Shown in pieces: positions 55,005 through 64,000 of a stretch of DNA of 64,000 nucleotides. Position numbers and translations under genes: made by a program. Source of the stretch: Eledone cirrhosa (lineage: Eukaryota); assembly GCA_964016885.1 (NCBI GenBank), contig CAXHJY010000235.1, positions 13,404 through 77,403 of the forward strand, in the 5' to 3' direction. Positions within the stretch are counted from its first letter, which is position 1. Each line of letters starts with the position of its first letter. The notes under the pieces are model-generated. The model ran no database searches and was not told the origin of the DNA. It saw nothing but the letters and a program-made list of their open reading frames with translations.

Positions 55005-58000
55005 TCATCATCATCATCATCGTTTAACGTCCATCTTCCACGCTTGCATGGGTTTGGACGGGAGTTTTCCCACTTGAGGCAAGATTGGTTGTCCTGCTCG
55101 TATAGGACTGTCTGGCGGGTTTTCTATGGCTGGATGCCCTTCCTAACACCAACCACATTTACAGTGTGGACTGGGAGGTTTTTACCGTGTTACCTACACG
55201 GCCACATTACAGTGTGGACTGTGTGTTATTTTTGTCGTGACACCTACACGACCTCATTTGTTTCGGACTGGATGTTGTGGTACCAACATAACTTCACATT
55301 TAAGGGGGTGGTGTGGATGGGGTGGGGGTAGTGGGACGGGGTGTATTTTGTTGGAGGTGCCTACTGACTGTAGGTTTCGCTTTGTAATTAGGCAAGGCGG
55401 GTCTTCTGTATAACTGTGTAGCGCCAAAGATCTCGGTCCAGTGACATTGTCTTGGAGAGGTGTAAGTGTGTGAGGTCGGAATTTATCAAGTCGTCCCAGG
55501 TTTTTCTGGGTCTGCCTACTCCGTGGCTACCGTCTATTTTTATCGCCCTGCACTTTTTTATACAGCTGTCGTCTTTCATGCGCATCACGTGACCGTACCA
55601 ACGTAGTCTTCTCTCGAGTAAACATCTGATCCCTCTTATTCTTAATTTCTCCCTTAGTTCGTTTATGCTTTGCCGTTCACGTATATTACTATTACACATC
55701 CAGCGGAGCATGCAAGCTTCGTTTCTCTCCAGTCTGCGTATATCCTCTGCACACAATGCCCAGGTCTCACTGCCATGTAACATTGCTGTTCGTATGCAGG
55801 CATCATACAGCCTGCCTTTCATTTTTAGAGAGAATCCTTTAGTGGCCAATAGTGATATAAGCTCTCTGAACTTTTTCCATCCAGTTCTGACTCTAGCTAC
55901 TGTACTTTCAGAGCACCCTCCACCACTGCTGATTTTGTCACCTAAGTAACGGAAGGTGTCCACTATTTCTATAGAACCATCTGTGCAATGGAATGAGCTA
56001 GTATTCTGTGGGCATTTGCTGCTACTTATAAAATCTATATTCTTAGTTAGCATACTTGCGGCCACATATAAAATCTCTATTCTTAGTTAGCTTACCTGTG
56101 ATCCCACTACATCTTTTATGCACCCATACTTTGCATTTGGGACATAAAATGGAGTTTCTGCCTACTCCTTTCCTACACACTGAGCATGGCCATTTCCCGG
56201 ATGGGACCGGTGCCCTAGTTTCCTTGCTACAAACTAGAACTTTAGTCTTAGACAGGTTAATTTTAAGGCCTTTTGATTCTAGGCCATGCTTCCATGTTTG
56301 GAATTTCTTTAGTTCGGCCATTGATTCAGCTATGAACGTTAGATCATCTGCATATAGGAGTTCCCATGGGCAGCCGGTCTTGAACTCCTCTGTTATAGCC
56401 TGAAGGGCAATAATAAATAGTAGGGGGCTAAGAACGGAGCCCTGATGAACACCAACTTTTACGCTAAACTCTTCACTATATTCGTTAATTCTAACCTTGC
56501 TGACGTTTCTTTATACATGGCTTGTATAGCTCTCCCAAGCCATTCATCAACACCTAGTTTTCTAAAAGCCCACCAGATAATGGAACGGGGGACTCTGTCG
56601 AAGGCTTTCTCCAAGTCGACAAAACCTAAGTATAGGGGTTTACTTTTAGCTAGGTACTTCTCCTGTAGTTGTTGTACAATGAAAAGAGCATCTGTGGTAC
56701 TTTTACCTGACACAAACCCGAACTGCATTTCATCTAGATCAATTCGCTCTCTGATTAGTTGTGCTATTACTTTTTCTGTGACCTTCATGACCTGGTCGAT
56801 TAATTTAATGCCTCTATAGTTACCCCTATCTAGGGCATCTCCTTTACCCTTGTAGCAGTTAATGATGATGCTGCTACGCCAGTCCTTCGGAACAAACCCA
56901 TTCTGTATGACTTGGTTTACTATCCGGGTGACCATAGTGTGTCCTCCTGTTCCAGAAGCTTTCAGCATTTCAGCAATTATTTCCGAAGGACCAGCCGCCT
57001 TACCCGTCTTCATATCTTTGATTGCCTTACTTATTATACTACCTTCAACTAGCACTGCTGGTCCCTCTATTAGTTCGATGTGGGGGGAGACTGTCCTTCT
57101 CCCATTTATTCTCATTTAGTAACCTTTCGTAGTGACACTTCCAAGCTACCTTCTTATCAGCGTCAGTGATGGCAAGTACACCATCATTAAGTACACACTT
57201 CTCCCCGACAATATCACGGTTTTCCTTGACACATTGCCTAGCAATCCTGAACACCTCACGTTTTTGGTCCTCGCGTTGTAGAACATGCTTGAACTTTCTT
57301 TCCTCTGCTTCCCTTCTTTCGAAGTACACTTGTCTCCTACCTTCCCTCCTGGCCACTTGATAGTCTTCTCTACTTCCCCCATCCTGTCATACTTTCCAAG
57401 CCTGCTTTTTGGCCTTAATTGACTCCTCCACCTTACTGTTCCACCACCATGTTACTCTCTTCCTGCCTATAGGCCTGCTCCAGCCACAGACTTCATCTGC
57501 CGCCATCAGCAGGTTTGCTTTCAGGAATTCCCACTGTTCCTCTATATTGTACGACTCTAATTGCTCTCCCTTACTGTCGAAAGCATCAAGTAATATGCTT
57601 TTAAATTTATTACTGGCTGTGGGGTCCTTTAGCTTCCATATTTTCTCCTGAGGATAGTCCTCTTCTGTTGTCGAGTACGTCTCGTCCTGACTATGAGGTC
57701 GCTAATTATCAGTCTATGTTGGGAGGTGCATTCTTCATGGGGGAGGGATTTAGTGTTTACAACAGACACTCTGTCACGGATCTGGTAAGGATCTACCTGG
57801 CTGGTGTGTTCTCCTAATTTGAAGTTGGGTGTTACAGATAGTTAGGTTATTTGCGTCACAGAATTCCAGGATTCTGGAGCCTTCCTCATTTCTAGTACCA
57901 AATCCATAGCCTCCATGGAATCCGCCATAGCCGTCACAATGTTGTCCAACGTGACCATTTAGGTCGCCAGCAATAATTATATAGTCACTGTCGGTTATTT

Positions 58001-58920
58001 GGGAGGTAGTGAGCATCAGTGTCTCATAGAATCTGTCTTTTATAGCGCCAGGCAGTCCGGATTGGGGTGCGTACGCGGATATTACTGTCACAGTAGTTTT
58101 ATTTAGAACAAGTCTGATTTTAATTATTCTGTCGTTCAATCTATTTACGTCTATTATCTTATCCACCCATTTTTCTGCTAACGTGATTCCTACCCTACCC
58201 AGCCCATTGTCATTTCCCACCCAGAAAAGCTTATAGCATCGTTTTTTACCCACAATGAATCTAGCAGACCCGCCCCTCCACCTGGTCTCTTGGATACAGC
58301 AAACATCAACCTCCTTCCGTTCAAGCATTTCTACAACCTCGTTAGAGCGACCTTTTAAGGTACCAACTCTGAAGTTTTGGATTGCGTTTGGTGGGTGGGA
58401 ATGGTGGGGCGCGGGGTTGGGGTTATGCTGGCCATCCGTGGCCGAAACAAAGAGGAGGAGTCCTTGCCTTTTCGTCCGGCAGCATAAGGTGAATTTGTCG
58501 TTATCTTTGGCATTGTCACTGAGTGTTCAGATTTTTCAGACTCTCCAGAATTCCTTAGTCCATCCATCATATCGAAAAGCAACAGAAATGATAGCATAGG
58601 CCGCTGACTTATGATTGGTCCAAATAATAATGGTGGCAGGCGGGAGGGGTATGGGGTAGTTAGCGAGGAGAAGGTTTTAAATAAAATCCTCGACTTTTGG
58701 GCCTAATTGGACAAGCATATAACAGTAATAAGCGAATACTGGGATTTTAAAATACACAAGATTATTTAGAACAACCAGACAGAATTATAGAATAGCATTG
58801 AGAAAGCAAGATTGGATTCTGGGCGATTATACAGATATATGGATGAATGAACCGAAGGATGGAGAGACAAGAAGAAAATGGTATCTTTACATTACATTTT
58901 GTAGAAGTGGTCAGACCATT
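55005..58920 (-). mobile_element. Near-full-length RTE-clade LINE (APE endonuclease + reverse transcriptase), frameshifted
   Basis: Endonuclease motifs DVCCIQETRW, SAYAPQ, AGDLNGHVG; RT motifs YRGIKL, QFGF, FVDLEKAFD and PWELLYADDL; PHD-like insert; C-terminal RLRWYGHV; 3' UTR and (GAT)n tail. The 5' limit is uncertain (58600-58920). Confidence 0.96.
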
Positions 58921-59060
58921 ATATATATATGTAAAAGTTCTATTTAAATTGTTGGGATACAACAAGCAAATATTTTTATAACTGATATAAAGCACTCAAC
59001 AAATAATTGGAGTAAAAATACGATATTAACAAATGGAAACTATATTTATAAAACCATATT

Positions 59061-59125
59061 TATTTCATTATACATATTTCAAGGACACCAAGTTAAATTA
59101 TGGTGTGCTTTCATCAGATAAAATA
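59061..59125 (-). ncRNA. Minimal type-I hammerhead ribozyme, antisense copy
   Basis: Exact reverse complement of 59142-59206. Confidence 0.7.
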
Positions 59126-59141
59126 TAATATAGATATATTA

Positions 59142-59206
59142 TATTTTATCTGATGAAAGCACACCATAATTTAACTTGGTGTCCTTGAAATATGTATAAT
59201 GAAATA
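59142..59206 (+). ncRNA. Minimal type-I hammerhead ribozyme
   Basis: Stem I tattttat/atgaaata (8 bp, one GU); CUGAUGA 59150-59156; stem II aag-c-acacca/tggtgt-c-ctt; GAAA 59187-59190; near-palindromic loop III tatgta; UA site, predicted cut after 59198. Confidence 0.72.
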
Positions 59207-59631
59207 AATATAGTTTCCATTTGTTAATATCGTGTATATATATATATATATATGGCCTAGTTTAAGGTAATACACTCGGGTATTTTATTGCCTCTTCATA
59301 GTTGCAATGAAGTAGAATATATTTATATTCCTCTTGAGGACCAATTAATCTTAGTGTACATGATTTAATAATTCTTTGAGATTCTGAATTCTTAGAATTT
59401 CTGACCTCTAATTCAAAGGTCATCGCCAAATATGCTCTATTACTTAACTATGTTATGTAATTAACTGTTGATGATAAATATGAAAAAAAACAACTAAAAA
59501 TGAAACCACAGCCATCACTCACAATTGAGTATGACTTGGTAGCATATACCAAATTTTCCCTATGGGTTTTAAGTACCCATGTAGTCATAAGCAGACAAGC
59601 ACTCTTGATCATTCCTTTCCCTGATCTAGCG

Positions 59632-59797
59632 CAGTGGTTTCCAAAGTAGGTTCCACAAGAGTGTCTGAGTTCCATGAAAAAAGGTAGGAGTATATATATA
59701 TATATTACGACAATATAACAGTATTAGACTTTAGGATTCCCCCAAATGTTTCTGAACCAAACAGGGTTCCACGTTTGAAAAAGTTTGGGAAACCCTG
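59632..59797. mobile_element. hAT (Charlie-like) MITE
   Basis: TIRs cagtggtttccaaa / tttgggaaaccctg; 8-bp TSD atctagcg (59624-59631) / atccagcg (59798-59805). Confidence 0.85.
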
Positions 59798-60778
59798 ATC
59801 CAGCGGAACATTCAGGATATGATGACAGCTGGAGGTAGAGAGGGCTGCACCAGCTCTATACTGGAAAGGATGAAAAGCAATGTGGAGCCCGGCAGGGCAG
59901 AACATGAGAAATGCCAACTAACTATTGAACTAGTGAAGACCAATAGTTATCGCAGCAATCAACAATATTAAGTTAACTACATTCTCTGATGATTTTACAT
60001 ATTTCTTACATAGTTAAAGTGAATTAAAGCATGTATAGTTATGTGGTTCAATCTTAGTATCCTGTCAAAATCTTTACTGTAGTTTACTGTAAATTTTTCA
60101 CAACAATCTGTTCCAAATTAAGATACTATAAACATTTGAATTGACAAACTATGAGACCATATTAGCGAGCTGTTCTTGAAAGCATAAAACAGCACTGACT
60201 GATTCACATTAAAAATTAAAATATTTACACTGCAAAATATTAATACTGCAAAATTTCACAATGATTTATCCAGTAGTAAAGACACAAACATTTGAATTAA
60301 CAAACCACATTAGCAAGACATTGAAAAGTACAAATCTGCATCACATTAATATTGCAATTTTTCACAATGGCCTGTCCACTAGTATTGAATTAACAGACTT
60401 ATTTTTAAACATTTTCTAAACCCTTATAATATGTTAAGGAGTTATGAAGCTGCTTTACAACCATATGATTTCAGGTTCAATCTCAAATAACAGGTTTTGG
60501 GGGCAAAATGCCTTATGAGTAAAATTTTATTTTTAAAAAAAAAGTGTGGAGTCCTTTGCGCGTGCGCGTGTCAGCATGGAAAATGGATGTTAAAAAACGC
60601 TGGGGGGGGGGGGGAGATTAAATGAGTTGATAATACAACTATATAAAGTAGTCAGATATTCAAAGCTCTGTGATTTTATTATCCACAGCAAGATTGGCAA
60701 ATACAGTGGAATTAAATCCTGTATTTGAATGAAACATGCAAATCAATTAAATAATGTAGTAAACCTTATTATTTATTC

Positions 60779-60814
<36 letters not shown>

Positions 60815-60820
<6 letters not shown>

Positions 60821-61265
60821 CGTATTTGTGCCAACCCTTACCTATGGTCATGAATCTTGGATAATGACCGAAAGAATACGATCACGAATACAAGCGGCCG
60901 AAATGGGTCCTCCAAAGGGTTTTTGGAGTAACATTACTCAATAGAGTGCATAGTTTGGGGATCGGAGAGTCACTCCAGGTAAAACCACTACTTCTCCAAA
61001 TTTAGATATCACAGCTCCGATACTATGGGCATGTGGCTAGAATGTCTCAGGAAAGAATTACTGGACAGATTTTATGGGCAAAACCAACAAGTAGACCCCG
61101 AGCAAGATGGTTGGATAACATCCATGAGCTTGGCTGATCTCGCTTCAGGATCCAGCTGGATCAGTTGGAGACGGTTGCTTCTGACAGAACCCTATGGAAG
61201 GTGTGTTTGAGGACTCTGCTCCCACAACTCTCCCAGGATTAAGTGGGCAAAGAAGATTGCATGGG
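60815..61265 (+). mobile_element. Decayed 3' fragment of a distinct RTE LINE family
   Basis: FVPTLTYGHESWIMTERIRSRIQAAEM, then frameshifted QLRYYGHVARM and RPRARWLDNI motifs. Confidence 0.85.
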
Positions 61266-61284
61266 AGAACCATTGAAATAATTA

Positions 61285-61455
61285 TAATTGTTTCTACTTT
61301 TGGCACAAGGCCAGCAATTACCCTTCATTTTATCGACCCCGTAAGGATGAAAGGCAAAGTTAACTTCGGCGGGATTTGAACTTAGAATGCCAAGGGCCGT
61401 AACTATGCGTCAAAGCATTGCGTCCGACTCTCTACCGATACTGCCAATCCACCGT
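61285..61455 (-). mobile_element. tRNA-derived SINE family 1
   Basis: Reverse complement of the consensus; ttgaaataattataat on both sides is a TSD. Confidence 0.92.
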
Positions 61456-61902
61456 TGAAATAATTATAATGAATAATAAAAATGCTGATGTTACATAAAT
61501 CGTTTAATGTTATTATATATAAACAAAAGAAAAGAGCACTCTGTTTTGTAGTTTTAAATTTGATTGTATAAACTTGTCAAACTCTTTATACAGAAAATAA
61601 TGTCTGTGTGTCATAATAGTAAATATGTCTGATAAATCAATGGATCACCCGAAAACGACCTTGTTTTTTTCTCCCCAAGTTAGACTGATACGTTCATGGC
61701 AGTTTCCACATTTGTTATAGGTTCCAAATAAATAAAACATATTTATAACAAAAGTTGCTTGACAAAAAATAAAAATTAGATTTCTTTGCACATTGACATG
61801 ACTCATAACTTTAATTCATACGCAAAAAAAAAATAGACTGGTCTCTCTACTTTTCATTTTGAAAAGCTTTTCTATTTCAATTTGGGATGACCCACTTTTT
61901 AA

Positions 61903-62059
61903 TTTAACTCTTAACGTCCTGTACCGCATGAAACCACGTTAACGAGTCATTCTTAAAAAGTACAAAACAGCATTATGACTGTTTCACATGAAAAATTGAA
62001 GTGTATACCAAGCCAGTTTTTATATATTTTTGGCCAAATCATTACATGCTAAGAGTTAA
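61903..62059. mobile_element. Short TTAA-flanked MITE
   Basis: ttaactcttaac ... gctaagagttaa termini. Confidence 0.45.
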
Positions 62060-62465
62060 TTAATATACTAGGGTTAACACTCAACTTTTCTTTTGATTTT
62101 ATAACCAACCGAAACTGAAAAATTATATGGTATATTAGTAGAGGATTAAAATCTATTTTTATTATAGTCCTATCAATGTTTTAAGATTAACCCTTTTGAT
62201 ACCAAACCAACTGAAACTGCTCCTGGTTTTATGATATTAAGCTGTGTTTTGACGTATCTATATTTATATAAAAATCTTACATCTTATGTTGTCAGGTTAG
62301 GCTTCAAAATATATGTTAATACTGATAAAATTAGTTATATTTTCAAAATAATTTTAAAATTATAGGCAGTGTTTTTCATTAGAAATATGGTAACAAGGAT
62401 TAAGATATGTGGTTTCGTATATACTATGTGTGCATGTGTGTCAACCTGAAAAGTGCATGTAAACT

Positions 62466-62640
62466 AATTGTTTCTACTTTAGGCACAAGGCCAGCAATTA
62501 CCCAGTGCATTACTGGTACTTTATTTTATAGACCCCCGTAAGGATGAAAGGCAAAGTCAACTTCGGCGGGATTTGAACTCAGATTGTAAAGAGACGTAAT
62601 TATGCTGGAAAGCATGCGTCCGACCTCTACCGATACTGCC
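62466..62640 (-). mobile_element. tRNA-derived SINE family 1, young copy
   Basis: Reverse complement of 50325-50510; catgtaaa on both sides. Confidence 0.92.
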
Positions 62641-62980
62641 ATGTAAAATAACGATTATATATATATTTATATATATATATATATTTATATATATATTATA
62701 TATATATATATAGATATTATACGTTATTCCGGGTTGAATCGGAGGTAACCACAGTAAGTAAGGTACTCAATACATAGCAGAGTATCTATATTAAAACTAT
62801 ATATATATTATATATATATATTATATATATATATATTATATATATATTATATATATTATATATATATTATATATATATATATATTATATATATATATATT
62901 ATATATATTAGTATATATATTATATATATATTATATATATATATATTTATTTATATATTATATATATATACATATTATTT

Positions 62981-63270
62981 ATATGTAAAGTTATATTTAA
63001 AATTGTTGGGTTACAACTAGTAAATATTTATAACTGATATAAAGCACTCGACAAATACTTGGAGTATATTTACAATATTAAATTAAACCTCTTCAAATGA
63101 AGTTGATGTTTATTACGGTATGTCGAATATATTTATCTATAAAACTGTTTATATTGTATTTTTGTCTGATGAAGGCATAGCATATTGTTAATATGATATC
63201 CCCGAAATATATATAATGAAATAAATATGGTTTTATAAATATAGTTTTCCATTTATTTAATATTGTATAT
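62981..63270. mobile_element. Second Penelope-like terminal-repeat remnant, partly inverted
   Basis: 62981-63085 matches 58928-59030; 63160-63265 matches 59142-59230. Confidence 0.65.
63160..63221 (+). ncRNA. Minimal type-I hammerhead ribozyme, partly degenerate
   Basis: Stem I ttttgt/atgaaa; CUGAUGA 63166-63172; stem II with mismatches including an A-C closing pair; GAAA 63204-63207; palindromic loop tatata; UA site at 63214-63215. Confidence 0.55.
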
Positions 63271-63294
63271 TATTTATATATATTATATATTATA

Positions 63295-63361
<67 letters not shown>

Positions 63362-63397
63362 ATATATAATATATATATATTATTATATATATATATT

Positions 63398-63429
<32 letters not shown>

Positions 63430-63549
63430 TATTATATATATATTATATATTATAATATATATTATATATATTATATATATATTATATATTATATATATAT
63501 ATATATATATTATATATTATATATATATTATATATAATTATATATATAT

Positions 63550-63613
<64 letters not shown>

Positions 63614-63641
63614 ATATATTATATATATATTATATATATAT

Positions 63642-63672
<31 letters not shown>

Positions 63673-63810
63673 ATATATATATATATTATATATATATTAT
63701 ATATATATATATATTATATATATATTATATATATATTATAATTATATATATTATATATATATATTATATATATATATATATTATATATATATTATATATT
63801 ATATATATAT

Positions 63811-63841
<31 letters not shown>

Positions 63842-64000
63842 ATATATTATATATATATTATATATATATATATTATATATATTATATATATATATATATT
63901 ATATATATTATATATATTATATATTTATATATCATATATTTATATATTATATATTATATATATTATATATATATTATATATATTATATATATTATATATA
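63270..64000. repeat. Imperfect (TA)n microsatellite
   Basis: Direct reading. Confidence 0.97.

Larger units (their letters stand above)
58928..59233. mobile_element. Penelope-like terminal-repeat remnant in inverted (fold-back) arrangement
   Basis: Palindrome centred on 59133/59134 with hammerhead cores followed by AATAAA; homologous to 62981-63270. Confidence 0.65.

Overview
AT-rich, microsatellite-dense animal DNA. The repeat landscape (tRNA-SINEs, RTE LINEs with (GAT)n tails, very long TA/TATG tracts) suggests an octopus or other coleoid cephalopod; this is inference. I found one host coding exon: 74 bp at 12522-12595 (+), encoding TTQIAISAFLDTFQKVADMATGSR from the I-BAR/IMD domain of an MTSS1/MIM homologue. 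It is absent from the ORF track. The rest of the window is therefore probably intron. It holds a near-full-length decayed RTE LINE with a PHD-like finger inside the RT region, several RTE fragments, a decayed mariner, piggyBac/hAT/mariner MITEs, a nested Helitron-like element, two SINE families and several satellites. The most notable non-coding signals are (1) minimal type-I hammerhead ribozyme folds in Penelope-like remnants, one pair forming a 77-bp perfect palindrome, and (2) a ~620-bp bipartite non-autonomous RTE-like element with a perfect 23-bp hairpin. Nearly all long ORFs in the track are simple-repeat artefacts. No database searches were run; family names come from motif recognition, and boundaries of decayed repeats are approximate.
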